Shown: positions 1-9,718 of the stretch, in pieces | Layout: the number at the start of each line of letters is the position of its first letter | Numbering within the stretch: position 1 is the first letter of the stretch | From: Gammaproteobacteria bacterium | GTDB lineage: Bacteria; Pseudomonadota; Gammaproteobacteria; Steroidobacterales; Rariloculaceae | Direction: 5' to 3' | Assembly: GCA_036526155.1 (NCBI GenBank) | Contig: DATCZB010000147.1 | Coordinates: 1-56,592, forward strand | DNA: 56,592 nt | The notes under the pieces: model-generated | Told to the model about the DNA's origin: nothing | What the model saw: only the letters and a program-made list of their open reading frames with translations | Databases searched by the model: none | Program-made: the position numbers and the translations under genes

Positions 1-36
1 ACTACTGGCGCTGAAAAAGACAAAAAGAAGCCAGTC

Positions 37-858
37 ATGGAACCGACCGGGGTGCAGGGCGGGGATATCCGTTACGAGGTGTATCTGCAACTCGACAAGC
101 TGCTGGAGGCGCAGCAGCCGCTGAGCGATCCGCCGCATCACGACGAGATGCTGTTCATCATTCAGCATCAGATTGCTGAACTATGGCTCAAGCTGTTTCT
201 GCATGAGCTCGATGCCGTCATCGAGTGTCTGCGGCAGGATCAGATGGCGCGCAGCATCAAGATTCTGGCGCGGATCAACGAGGTCCAGAATCAGCTCGTT
301 TCGCAGTGGTCGGTGCTGGCGACGCTGACACCGCACGCGTACGCGGGCTTTCGCGATCAGTTCGGCACCGCGTCGGGCTTTCAGTCGTTGCAGTACCGCC
401 TGCTCGAGTTCAAGCTCGGCAACAAGGATCGCAACATGCTGCCGATGTTCCGGCACAAGCTGCCCTACTATCGTGCACTCAAGCAGGCGCTCGAGAGCCC
501 TTCCATTTACGATGAGTTCCTGCGGTATCTGTATCGCATGGGTCATCGCGTGCCGCTCGACCTGGTCAAGCGGGACTGGACCGACCGGTACGAGCACCAT
601 CCGGAAGTCGTCGACGTCCTCGAGGTCATTTATCGGCGTCCCGACGAGCACTGGGCGGCGTACGAGGTTTGCGAGAAGCTCGTCGATGTCGAGTCGAACT
701 TCCAGGCCTGGCGTTTCCATCACATGAAGACCGTCGAGCGCATCATCGGCTACAAGTCCGGCACGGGCGGCACGTCCGGCGTCTCTTTCCTCAAGAAGAA
801 TATCGACGTGCAGTTCTTCCCCGAGCTGACGGAGGTCAGAACCCGAATCGGCGCCTGA
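37..858 (+). CDS. kynA: tryptophan 2,3-dioxygenase
   Basis: 273-aa ORF resembling bacterial TDO along its full length (YEVYLQLDKLL, HDEMLFIIQHQ..ELW, SGFQS.QYR, GTGGTSG). Confidence 0.9.
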   Translation: MEPTGVQGGDIRYEVYLQLDKLLEAQQPLSDPPHHDEMLFIIQHQIAELWLKLFLHELDAVIECLRQDQMARSIKILARINEVQNQLVSQWSVLATLTPHAYAGFRDQFGTASGFQSLQYRLLEFKLGNKDRNMLPMFRHKLPYYRALKQALESPSIYDEFLRYLYRMGHRVPLDLVKRDWTDRYEHHPEVVDVLEVIYRRPDEHWAAYEVCEKLVDVESNFQAWRFHHMKTVERIIGYKSGTGGTSGVSFLKKNIDVQFFPELTEVRTRIGA

Positions 859-867
859 GGCGCCTGG

Positions 868-1965
868 TCAAGGCCGGTGTGCGGCCGCCAGGTAGTCGTG
901 GGTTCGCATCTCGGTCAGCCGGCTGCGCGTTCGCTCGAACTCGCGTTCCAGCCTGCTGCCTGCGTAGAGCTCCGCCAGGTCGACCTCGGCTGAGACCATG
1001 AGCTTGACCCTGCGGTCGTAGAACTCGTCAACGAGTGCAATCAAGCGGCGCGCCGGGTTCTCGAGCGTCTTCGTGAGCTGCGGAATGCGCGAGACAACGA
1101 CCGTCTGGAATTCGCGCGCGATCTCGATGTAATCGTCCTGGCTGCGTGGCCCGTCGCAAATTGCATCGAACGTAAACCAGATGACGCCGTCACTGCGGCG
1201 CACGAACTCGATCGGGCGGCCGAGGATTTCCATCGAGCCTGCCGCTTCGCCTTCATCCGGCGATATGGCCGTAAAGGCTTGCTCCAGAAGCGCCTCAGCC
1301 GCTGCATCGTCCGGAAACAGGTACATCCCGGCGTCCTCGAGGACCCTGAGCCGGTAGTCCCGCTCTCCCTGGAGCTCCATGACGAGCGTGTGCTGCTCGA
1401 TGGCGTCGATTGCCGGGAGGAATCGCTGTCGCTGCAGACCGTCGCGATAAAGATCCGGTGGCGCGATGTTCGACGTCGCCGCCAGGGTTACACCACGCTC
1501 GAACAGTGCCTGGAACAGGTTGCCGAGAATCATCGCGTCAGCGATGTCGCTCACGGCGAACTCGTCGAAGCAGATGATGCGACACTCGCCGGAAATCTGA
1601 TCGGCGACGATTTCGAGCGGATTCTCGGCGTCACGTAACTCGCGCAGCCGCGCATGCACGGACGCCATGAACCGGTGGAAGTGCTGACGCTTCTTGTGCT
1701 CGAACGGCAGGCAGTGAAAAAACAGATCCATCAGGCAGGTCTTGCCGCGACCGACGCCGCCGTAAAAATAGATCCCGCGAACAGGCGGTGACGGCTTGCG
1801 TAACAGCCTGTCGAGCCACCCCCTGAGTGAACCCTGACGTCGCTCGGCCGCGGTCAGTTCCCGATAGAGATGGTCGAGCGCCTCGACGGCCGGTCGCTGC
1901 GCCGGGTCGTCTTCGAGCTTGCCAGCGGATACGCGACGCCGGTACTCGGTGCTCGGCCCGGTCAC
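868..1965 (-). CDS. zapE: ZapE/AFG1-family ATPase
   Basis: 365-aa ORF with Walker A GGVGRGKT followed by CLMDLFF and the typical AFG1/ZapE layout. Its GTG start overlaps the stop of the upstream gene. Confidence 0.85.
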   Translation of the reverse strand: MTGPSTEYRRRVSAGKLEDDPAQRPAVEALDHLYRELTAAERRQGSLRGWLDRLLRKPSPPVRGIYFYGGVGRGKTCLMDLFFHCLPFEHKKRQHFHRFMASVHARLRELRDAENPLEIVADQISGECRIICFDEFAVSDIADAMILGNLFQALFERGVTLAATSNIAPPDLYRDGLQRQRFLPAIDAIEQHTLVMELQGERDYRLRVLEDAGMYLFPDDAAAEALLEQAFTAISPDEGEAAGSMEILGRPIEFVRRSDGVIWFTFDAICDGPRSQDDYIEIAREFQTVVVSRIPQLTKTLENPARRLIALVDEFYDRRVKLMVSAEVDLAELYAGSRLEREFERTRSRLTEMRTHDYLAAAHRP

Positions 1966-3899
1966 GCTTCAAGCTCCGGGCAATCAGTGAACGCGGCGAT
2001 TGCCGCGGGGTTGGCAAGTGCCGTCAGGTTCCCGATCGGCCGACCGTGGACGGCATCGCTGACAGCGCGCTCGCTGATCTTCCCGTTGAGCGTGCGCGGG
2101 ATGTCGTCGACTGCGACGATTCGAGCCGGCACGTGACGGGGGCTCGCGCCCGATCGCAAAGCTTGCCGGATCCTGTCGCGCAGCGCGTCGTCGCAGGCCT
2201 GTCCTGCAGCCGGCACCACGAACAGGACGATGCGTGTGTCGCCGTCCCACTGCTGGCCGATGACCACGGCGTCGGATACCTCGGGAAGGGTCTCGAGGAT
2301 GCGATAGATCTCGGACGTGCCGATTCTGACGCCGCCGGGGTTCAGCGTTGCGTCGGAACGGCCATGCATGATGATGCCGCCGTGCTCGGTCAGCTCGGCG
2401 AAATCGCCGTGATGCCAGACCGAGGGAAAGCGCTCGAAGTACGCGCGGTGATAGGCGGCTCCGTCGGGATCGTTCCAGAAGCCGATCGGCATCGACGGGA
2501 ACGGTCTCGCGCAGACGAGCTCGCCTTTACTGCCCCGGATTGCCGTGCCGGCGCTGTCGAAGATCTGCACGTCCATGCCGAGTCCGATGCACTGAATCTC
2601 GCCGCGGTAGACGGGCAGCATCGGGTTGCCGAGGACGAAGCACGAAATCAGGTCGGTGCCACCGGCTATCGATGCGAGCAACACGTCCTGCTTGATCCGT
2701 TCGTAGACGTAATCGAAGCTCGCAGGCGCGAGCGGCGAGCCCGTCGACAGAATCGTTCTCAGTCCACCGAGCCTCGCGCTCGGTGACGGGCCATAGCCGC
2801 TTTCCTCGAGCGCGCTCAGATAGCGAGCGCTGGTGCCGAAGATCGCGATGTCCTCAAGCTCGACCAGCCGCCACAGCGCATCCGGTTCCGGGTGCATCGG
2901 CGCGCCGTCGTAGAGTACGAGCGTTGCCCCGGATGCCAGCGAGGACAACAGCCAGTTCCACATCATCCAGCCGGTCGTGGTGTAGTAGAAGACGCGATCC
3001 CCGGCGTGGATGTCGGTGTGCAGCTGATGCTCCTTGAGGTGCTGCAGCAGCGTGCCGCCGACACTGTGCACGATGCATTTCGGCGGGCCGGTCGTGCCTG
3101 AGGAAAACATGATAAACAGCGGGTGATCGAAGCCGACGTCTGCATATTCGGGAGCTGCAGCTCGTGCGGCGAGCTCGTCGAAGAAGTGAGCGTCGGGCCA
3201 GGCGGCTGGGTCCGCTTCGAACCCGGCATTGCGCGTGACGATGACGTGCTCGATCGAGGGTAATCTGGGGATGACCTCGCGCAGCGTCGGCAGACAGTCG
3301 ATACCCTTCCCGGCGTAGCGGTAGCCCGCGACACCGAACAGCACCTTCGGCTCGATCTGACTCAGCCGATCGAGCAGGCTCGCGCTGCCGAAGTCGGGTG
3401 AGCATGAAGACCAGACGGCGCCGACGCTGGCCGTCGCGAGCGCCGCCACGACGCACTCAACAGAGTTCGGAAGAATCCCGGCGACGCGCTCGCCGCTGGC
3501 GACACCGAACCGCCGCAATGCCGCAGCCACGGCCGCGACCTCGGCCCTGAGCTCGCCGAGCGATACCTCGCGTCTTGCGCCCGTTTCGTCGACTGCGATG
3601 ATGGCCGGGCGCTCCGGGTCGCCCGCGAGCAGATTCTGCGCATAGTTGAGTCGGGCGCCGACAAACCACCTCGCGCCCGGCATCGCGTCGTAGCCCTGCA
3701 CGATCGCATCCGGCGCGGTGGCAAGGTCGAGCCGGCAATAGTCTGCGATGGCACCCCAGAACGCCGCGGGCTCGTCGATGCTCCACCGGTGCAGTGAGCC
3801 ATAGTCCGCGCAGTCGGGCGCGAAGCGCCCGATGAAATGATTCAGGCGGCTCGATTCGACGCGTTCGGCAGTCGGTTTCCAGACGAGATCGGCGGGCAT
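1962..3899 (-). CDS. acetoacetate-CoA ligase (acetoacetyl-CoA synthetase)
   Basis: 645-aa ORF of the AMP-forming acyl-CoA synthetase superfamily ([13 protein letters not shown]-binding motif). The N-terminus [18 protein letters not shown] is typical of acetoacetyl-CoA synthetases. Confidence 0.85.
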   Translation of the reverse strand: MPADLVWKPTAERVESSRLNHFIGRFAPDCADYGSLHRWSIDEPAAFWGAIADYCRLDLATAPDAIVQGYDAMPGARWFVGARLNYAQNLLAGDPERPAIIAVDETGARREVSLGELRAEVAAVAAALRRFGVASGERVAGILPNSVECVVAALATASVGAVWSSCSPDFGSASLLDRLSQIEPKVLFGVAGYRYAGKGIDCLPTLREVIPRLPSIEHVIVTRNAGFEADPAAWPDAHFFDELAARAAAPEYADVGFDHPLFIMFSSGTTGPPKCIVHSVGGTLLQHLKEHQLHTDIHAGDRVFYYTTTGWMMWNWLLSSLASGATLVLYDGAPMHPEPDALWRLVELEDIAIFGTSARYLSALEESGYGPSPSARLGGLRTILSTGSPLAPASFDYVYERIKQDVLLASIAGGTDLISCFVLGNPMLPVYRGEIQCIGLGMDVQIFDSAGTAIRGSKGELVCARPFPSMPIGFWNDPDGAAYHRAYFERFPSVWHHGDFAELTEHGGIIMHGRSDATLNPGGVRIGTSEIYRILETLPEVSDAVVIGQQWDGDTRIVLFVVPAAGQACDDALRDRIRQALRSGASPRHVPARIVAVDDIPRTLNGKISERAVSDAVHGRPIGNLTALANPAAIAAFTDCPELEA

Positions 3900-3913
3900 G
3901 GGCGAATGTTACA

Positions 3914-5605
3914 ATGCGGCTTTCTCGCCGAAAGCCCCCAACCTCAGTGGACCTGGCCCGGGAATCTCTCGAGTTCGACATCGTCATCGTCGGTGCGGGG
4001 CCGGCCGGCCTGGCGGCTGCCTGCCGTCTGGCGCAGCGCTCGAGGCTCGCGGGCTCTGACCTGTCGATTGCCGTCGTAGAGAAGGGTGCCGAAGTCGGTT
4101 CGCACATCGTTTCCGGCGCCTTGCTCGATCCGCGAGCGCTGAACGAGCTGTTCCCCGACTGGAAGGAGCGCGGCGCGCCGCTTACGACGCCCGTCGTCAG
4201 TGAGAGCTTCGGCTGGCTCCGGGACGGCAAGCGCGCGCTGGACCTGCCGTCCTGGCTCGTGCCGGGTCCGCTGCGCAACGCCGACACCTGTATAGCGAGT
4301 CTCGGACGCCTGTGCCGCTGGCTGGCCGACCAGGCCGAGTCCCTCGGCTGTGATCTCCTGACGGGGCTCGCGGCGCAGGAACTGATCTTCGATCGTGACG
4401 GCCGCGTCGCGGGCATCGCGACGGTGCCACACGGGCTCGCAGCTGACGGCAGCACGACGTCAGCCACTGATCCGGGCTACGAGCTCCGCGCGCGTTACGT
4501 GCTGCTGGCAGAAGGTTGCCACGGCAACCTCGGCCGGGAGGCGGAGCGACGGTTCGGCCTGCGCGATGGTCGGGACCCGCAGCACTATGGCATCGGGTTC
4601 AAGGAAGTCTGGCAGGTGCCCGACGAGATCCACCGGCCCGGCCACGTCGACCATACTGCCGGCTGGCCGCTCGACGGCAGGACCGAGGGCGGAGGATTCG
4701 TCTATCACGACGAAGCCAACCGCCTCTATGTCGGTTTCGTCGTCGCGCTGAATTACCGCAACCCGTTTCTCGATCCCTACGAGGAGTTTCAGCGCTTCAA
4801 GCAGCATCCCCGGATTCGCCGCCTGCTCGTCAACGGCAAGCGCCTGGGCTTTGGCGCGCGCGCCGTCAACAAAGGGGGCTTGGGGTCGCTGCCGAGGCTC
4901 AGCTTTCCCGGTGGCCTGTTGCTCGGCTGTGACGCCGGGTTTCTCAACGGCGCGAGACTCAAAGGCATCCATGCGGCAATGAAGTCAGGCATCCTTGCCG
5001 CTGACACGGTCATCGAGGCTGTCGCCGAGGGGTCTGCAGGTACCGACGAGCTGCACAGCTACGAAGTATCGTTCCGCAGCTCATGGCTCTATCGTGAGCT
5101 TCGCGCCGCGCGTAACTTCAGCGCCGGGATCGCCCGGCTCGGTTCGCTCGGCGGCGGCGCGCTCGCGTTCTTCGAGCATACGTTGCTGCGGGGTCGCTCA
5201 CCGTTGCGGCTGCGTCAACCGCGTCCCGATCATTCAGTGTTGACCGAGGCCGCGCGCGCGAAGCCGATCGACTATCCGGCGCCTGATAACGTGGTCAGCT
5301 TTGGCCGACTCGAGTCGATCCACCTTGCCAACCTCGAGCACGATGAGGGCCAGCCCTGCCATCTGTTGCTCGAGGATTCGCGCTTGCCATTGACCGACAA
5401 TCTGCCGCGTTTCGACGAGCCGGCGCGGCGGTACTGCCCTGCCGGCGTCTATGAGGTCGTCGCGGATGCGTCCGGCGAAACGAGGTTTCGCATCAATCCC
5501 GCCAACTGCATCCACTGTAAGACCTGCGAGATAAAGGACCCGGCGCAGAACATCCGCTGGGTGCCGCCCGAGGGTGGCAGCGGGCCCAAATATGCCGAGC
5601 TCTAG
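3914..5605 (+). CDS. electron-transfer flavoprotein:ubiquinone oxidoreductase (ETF-QO)
   Basis: FAD fold FDIVIVGAGPAGLAAA and a C-terminal 4Fe-4S region CPAGVYE...CIHCKTCEIKDP. Comparison with homologues suggests the real start may be the GTG at 3947. Confidence 0.88.
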   Translation: MRLSRRKPPTSVDLARESLEFDIVIVGAGPAGLAAACRLAQRSRLAGSDLSIAVVEKGAEVGSHIVSGALLDPRALNELFPDWKERGAPLTTPVVSESFGWLRDGKRALDLPSWLVPGPLRNADTCIASLGRLCRWLADQAESLGCDLLTGLAAQELIFDRDGRVAGIATVPHGLAADGSTTSATDPGYELRARYVLLAEGCHGNLGREAERRFGLRDGRDPQHYGIGFKEVWQVPDEIHRPGHVDHTAGWPLDGRTEGGGFVYHDEANRLYVGFVVALNYRNPFLDPYEEFQRFKQHPRIRRLLVNGKRLGFGARAVNKGGLGSLPRLSFPGGLLLGCDAGFLNGARLKGIHAAMKSGILAADTVIEAVAEGSAGTDELHSYEVSFRSSWLYRELRAARNFSAGIARLGSLGGGALAFFEHTLLRGRSPLRLRQPRPDHSVLTEAARAKPIDYPAPDNVVSFGRLESIHLANLEHDEGQPCHLLLEDSRLPLTDNLPRFDEPARRYCPAGVYEVVADASGETRFRINPANCIHCKTCEIKDPAQNIRWVPPEGGSGPKYAEL

Positions 5606-6378
5606 CTCCGTGCTTCAGCCGCTGAGGGTTCGGGCTGCTTCGGCAAAGCGGTGTCGAGGTCGGGCTCGCCGAGCCGCTCCAGGATGGCGCGGCGCGTCTC
5701 TCGCGCCAGGCTCAGCTCGTCCTCGAAGTCAGCAGTCGCGATCCGCGGGCAAAACTCGACGGTCAGTGGGCCCGGCCGCGGCAGCCACGAGTCCGCGGGC
5801 AATTTGGTGCGCGAGCCGGTGATGACGACCGGCACAATCGAGAGCTTGCCCAGCATCGCCGCGCGAAAAGCGCCCATTCGGAACGGCTTGAGCCCGGGTT
5901 CGCGATCGAACGTGCCTTCGGGAAAGACGGCAAGTGCCTGACCTTCGCGCGCTGATTCCACCAGCCTGCGTGCGCTGCGGTGCCGGTGATTGGCGCTCGA
6001 CCGGTCGACGAATTGCGAGCCGATCCGACGCAGCACGAATCCGGCAATCGGCACGCGCACCATCTCGCGCTTGATGAGAAAGGTGTAGTGCGGCGGCAGG
6101 ACGGCAGCCAGAATGATGCCGTCGAGATAACTCTGGTGATTGGCGACGACAACGGCACTGTCATCCTCGCCGAGTGCCGTGCCGCGAACCGTCACGCCGC
6201 TGCCGATCAGTCGCAGCATCGTCGCGGCGCCCCGGCGGGCGACGGCGCGGCGCCGGTCCTCACCCGGCAGCAGCAGGCAGCACACCGCCACCGGAATGAC
6301 GACGAAAATGAGCATGAACCAGGCGTATCCGGCATACAGAATACGGACCGAAAAGCTTGCAATTGCGGTAAATGGCAC
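5602..6378 (-). CDS. 1-acyl-sn-glycerol-3-phosphate / lysophospholipid acyltransferase family protein
   Basis: 258 aa with an N-terminal TM helix, the NHQSYLDG (HX4D) motif and the FPEGT motif of PlsC-family acyltransferases. Confidence 0.8.
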   Translation of the reverse strand: MPFTAIASFSVRILYAGYAWFMLIFVVIPVAVCCLLLPGEDRRRAVARRGAATMLRLIGSGVTVRGTALGEDDSAVVVANHQSYLDGIILAAVLPPHYTFLIKREMVRVPIAGFVLRRIGSQFVDRSSANHRHRSARRLVESAREGQALAVFPEGTFDREPGLKPFRMGAFRAAMLGKLSIVPVVITGSRTKLPADSWLPRPGPLTVEFCPRIATADFEDELSLARETRRAILERLGEPDLDTALPKQPEPSAAEARS

Positions 6379-6697
6379 GGTTATGTCAACGCTGCGGGTA
6401 AGCTGGCGGCGAAAATCAAGTGCAGAACTGATAATTTCTGTGACTTGCTTCTCTTTATGTTAATGCTCCGGGGTATTTGTGATTCGGTTCACGCTGATGC
6501 GCTGGAGCCGTAAGCATACTGCCGGCTGTTGCCCTGAGGATGCGGTAGCCCTGAAGCTTTGATGCAACGCGGTGAATTATATCGGAATCGTTGCAGCCCC
6601 AGTGGGACTGACCGCATTTTTCTGAGCTGCCGAGACGCAATGGACTGCGTCTGGGTGGATAGCTCGGATGGGCGTACGGTTAAGGATTAACGGCACT

Positions 6698-7642
6698 ATG
6701 GCGCACAATTTTTTGCATCACGAAAGCACGGGAACGGTTGCCGACGCTGCTAAGGATCCGAAGGCGATGATTGACCGCTTTCTCGACGCGATTTGGATGG
6801 AACGGGGCCTGTCGGAGAACACGCTCGGCGCCTATCGCGCCGATCTCGTCGCTCTGAATCAACGCCTCGAAAGTAAATCGGTCGAGCTCGTCAAGGCTCA
6901 GCGTGCCGACATCATGGATTACATTGCCTGGCGCGTTGAGGGTGGCGCGAAGCCGCGCTCGACAGCAAGGCAGCTATCGAGCTTCCGCCGCTTCTATCGC
7001 TACCTGCTGCGCGAGGGCGTCGTCAGCGAGGACCCCACGGTCAATATCGCGATGCCGAAGATCGGCCGGTCACTGCCGCAATCGCTAAGCGAGCAGGACG
7101 TCGAGGCCCTGCTTTCCGCGCCTAAAGTAGCCGACCCGCTCGGTCACCGTGATCGCGCGATGCTCGAGGTGCTGTACGCCACCGGTGTGCGCGTCTCCGA
7201 GCTCATCAACCTCAAGCTGAGTCAGATCAATCTGAACCAGGGCGTCCTTCGTATTGTCGGCAAGGGCGATCGTGAACGGCTGATCCCGCTCGGCGACGAG
7301 GCGCAGGACTGGATCCGCGAGTTCAACGAGGGCCCGCGAGGCGAGATTCTGCTCGAGCGCCAGACCGAGTACCTGTTCCCGACCCGTCGCGGCGATCGCA
7401 TGACGCGGCAGGCGTTCTGGCACATCATCAAACGCTATGCGAAGAAGGCGGGCATCGAAAAGAAGATGTCGCCGCATACCGTCAGGCATGCATTCGCGAC
7501 GCATCTGCTGAACAATGGCGCCGATCTTCGCGTGGTGCAGCTGCTGCTCGGGCATAGCGACGTGTCGACGACCCAGATTTACACGCACGTTGCCCGCGAG
7601 CGGATGAAGGACCTGCATTCGCGCCACCATCCGCGGGGCTGA
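6698..7642 (+). CDS. xerD: site-specific tyrosine recombinase XerD
   Basis: IDRFLDAIWMERGLSENTLGAYRADL N-terminus and the catalytic region HTVRHAFATHLL...LLGHSDVSTTQIYTHV. It lies upstream of dsbC, as in E. coli. The ORF opens at 6668; plausible starts are 6698 and 6767. Confidence 0.9.
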   Translation: MAHNFLHHESTGTVADAAKDPKAMIDRFLDAIWMERGLSENTLGAYRADLVALNQRLESKSVELVKAQRADIMDYIAWRVEGGAKPRSTARQLSSFRRFYRYLLREGVVSEDPTVNIAMPKIGRSLPQSLSEQDVEALLSAPKVADPLGHRDRAMLEVLYATGVRVSELINLKLSQINLNQGVLRIVGKGDRERLIPLGDEAQDWIREFNEGPRGEILLERQTEYLFPTRRGDRMTRQAFWHIIKRYAKKAGIEKKMSPHTVRHAFATHLLNNGADLRVVQLLLGHSDVSTTQIYTHVARERMKDLHSRHHPRG

Positions 7643-7694
7643 ACATCCCCACAAGTGTTAGAATCCAGTCAAAACCACGACTGAGACGACGATC

Positions 7695-8417
7695 GTGAAC
7701 AAAAGCTGGATACTGATACCTCTGGTCCTCGTGCTCCCAGGCGTCCTGGCACAGGAAGCTCTGCAGCCAACCCGCGAAGATATTGCCGCCCGGCTCAACG
7801 GCGTCGTGGCCGAAGATCTCAAAGACTCGGCGCTCGACGGTTTCTACGAGGTCAACGTCGGCTCCAGGGTGGCGTACATCAGCGTCGACGGCCGCTTTCT
7901 GTTCGAGGGCGAGCTCTACGATCTGCAGCAGAGCCAGAACCTGACCGAGGTCTCGCGCTCGCGAGCCCGCGTGGACCTGCTCGAAGACGTCGACCGCGAG
8001 ACGATGATCGTCTTCTCGCCCGAGGAAGGCCCGGTCGAGCACACGATAACGATCTTCACGGATATCGACTGCGGCTATTGCCGCCAGTTTCACCGTGAGA
8101 TAGAGCAGGTGACGGCGCTCGGAATCGAGGTCCAGTATCTGTTCTTCCCGCGGACCGGCCCCGATACGGATTCCTGGTTCAAGGCGGAGCGGGTCTGGTG
8201 CGCCGAAGATCGCAACTCGGCCCTGACCAGCGCGAAGCTCGGCGGACACGTGCCGGAAGTCACCTGTGTCGCCAATCCTGTGGCGGCTCACTATGACATT
8301 GGCAACCAGGTCGGAGTCACCGGCACACCATCGATCTACACGTCCGGTGGACGACATATCGGCGGCTACCTGCCGCCTCAGCAACTGCTAGCAACCCTGA
8401 CTCAGCTCGTTCAGTAA
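7695..8417 (+). CDS. dsbC: thiol:disulfide interchange protein DsbC
   Basis: Signal peptide, a dimerisation N-domain and a thioredoxin fold with the CGYC active site. Sits in the xerD-dsbC synteny block. Confidence 0.85.
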   Translation: MNKSWILIPLVLVLPGVLAQEALQPTREDIAARLNGVVAEDLKDSALDGFYEVNVGSRVAYISVDGRFLFEGELYDLQQSQNLTEVSRSRARVDLLEDVDRETMIVFSPEEGPVEHTITIFTDIDCGYCRQFHREIEQVTALGIEVQYLFFPRTGPDTDSWFKAERVWCAEDRNSALTSAKLGGHVPEVTCVANPVAAHYDIGNQVGVTGTPSIYTSGGRHIGGYLPPQQLLATLTQLVQ

Positions 8418-8438
8418 TCCTCTCCTCGCGGCAGCACA

Positions 8439-9173
8439 ATGGAGTGGATCGCTTCGCCTGAAGCCTGGGTGGCCCTGGCCACTCTGACCGTCCTCGAGAT
8501 CATTCTCGGGATCGACAACATCGTTTTCATTAGCGTGCTCGTGGGCCGCCTGCCCGAGGAGAACCGGCAGCGCGCGCGCATTCTCGGACTCAGCATCGCC
8601 ATGGGTGCGCGGATTGTCCTGTTGCTGCTGATTACCTGGATCATGCGGCTCGAGGCCGTGCTTTTTTCCGTGCTCGACGTCGAGATCTCGGGGCGGGATC
8701 TGATTCTGATCGTAGGCGGCCTGTTCCTCATCGCGAAAGCGACGCTCGAGATTCATCAGGGTCTCGAAGGGGAGGAAGACGAGCACCGGGCGGGCGTTGC
8801 GCCGAGCCTGATGTCGGTCCTGGCGCAGATCGCCGTCATAGACCTCGTCTTCTCGCTAGATTCGGTCATCACGGCCGTGGGCATGGCCGAGGATGTCGAG
8901 GTCATGATCATCGCAATCGTCGTCGCCGTCGGCGTCATGATGTTCTCGGCCGGCGCCATCGGGCGCTTCGTTGACCGGCACCCGACGGTCAAGATGCTGG
9001 CCTTGAGCTTCCTCGTGCTGATCGGCACGGCGCTCGTCGCGGAGGGCATCGATCTGCATATTCCGAAGGGCTACATTTATTTTGCAATGGCGTTTTCGGT
9101 CAGTGTCGAGATGCTGAACCTGCGCCTGCGCCGAATCACGCGACCGGTTCATTTGCGCAAGAAACAGCCCTAG
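8439..9173 (+). CDS. TerC-family integral membrane protein
   Basis: 244 aa, multi-pass membrane protein with the LEIILGIDNIVFISVL and SLDSVITAVG motifs typical of TerC/YoaE-type proteins. Confidence 0.85.
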   Translation: MEWIASPEAWVALATLTVLEIILGIDNIVFISVLVGRLPEENRQRARILGLSIAMGARIVLLLLITWIMRLEAVLFSVLDVEISGRDLILIVGGLFLIAKATLEIHQGLEGEEDEHRAGVAPSLMSVLAQIAVIDLVFSLDSVITAVGMAEDVEVMIIAIVVAVGVMMFSAGAIGRFVDRHPTVKMLALSFLVLIGTALVAEGIDLHIPKGYIYFAMAFSVSVEMLNLRLRRITRPVHLRKKQP

Positions 9174-9288
9174 ACCAGATCTTACTGCGCCCTCTGCACA
9201 TCTTTGGTGCGATTTCCTTGAGACTTCTTGTGCTTGTCGGTTTGCCCGGCATGGCACTCTCGATGTTGGCAATTTTCGGGGCAGTCCG

Positions 9289-9663
9289 GTGCTGGATCAG
9301 TCGCAGGTGATCAGTGAAAAGGGCCTGGCGCAGAGCACCAGGCGGTGTCGCGAAGAGCTGAGGATTTTCGTGCGCCTGTTCGGTGGGCAGATGACGGTCA
9401 ATCAGCTGCTCGTGCTCTGTTGCATCACGCTCAGTCACCTCGAGGCCCGCCGCTGCACGGTGCAAATGATTGCCGACGAGGAAAATGTCTGCCAGCAGAC
9501 GGTCAGCGGTTGCGTCCGACGTCTGGAGTCCTACGGCCTGGTCAGGCCGGTGCCGGCCCCTGAAGACCGCAGGGTCAGACTGCTCAGTCTCACCGAAAAA
9601 GCGATTGCGCTGCACGCCGAAGCGCACATGGAGGTCGTCACCAAGAATCTGGATACCGTTTAG
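9289..9663 (+). CDS. MarR-family transcriptional regulator (short)
   Basis: 124 aa with a winged-helix core (NQLLVL..L......TVQMIADEENVCQQTVSGCVRRLESYGLV.R..APEDRRVRLLSLTEKA). Co-directional with the lipoprotein cluster and 55 nt upstream of it. Confidence 0.65.
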   Translation: MLDQSQVISEKGLAQSTRRCREELRIFVRLFGGQMTVNQLLVLCCITLSHLEARRCTVQMIADEENVCQQTVSGCVRRLESYGLVRPVPAPEDRRVRLLSLTEKAIALHAEAHMEVVTKNLDTV

Positions 9664-9718
9664 GCCCGCTCGTTCCGGTGCGCGGCCCGACCTTCAGGCT
9701 GCGGTTAATATATAGCGC

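Noticed and set aside
8418-8438. Mn2+ (yybP-ykoY) riboswitch, which often precedes TerC-family genes.
   Set aside because: Only 21 nt separate dsbC from the TerC-family gene, which is too short for the riboswitch.
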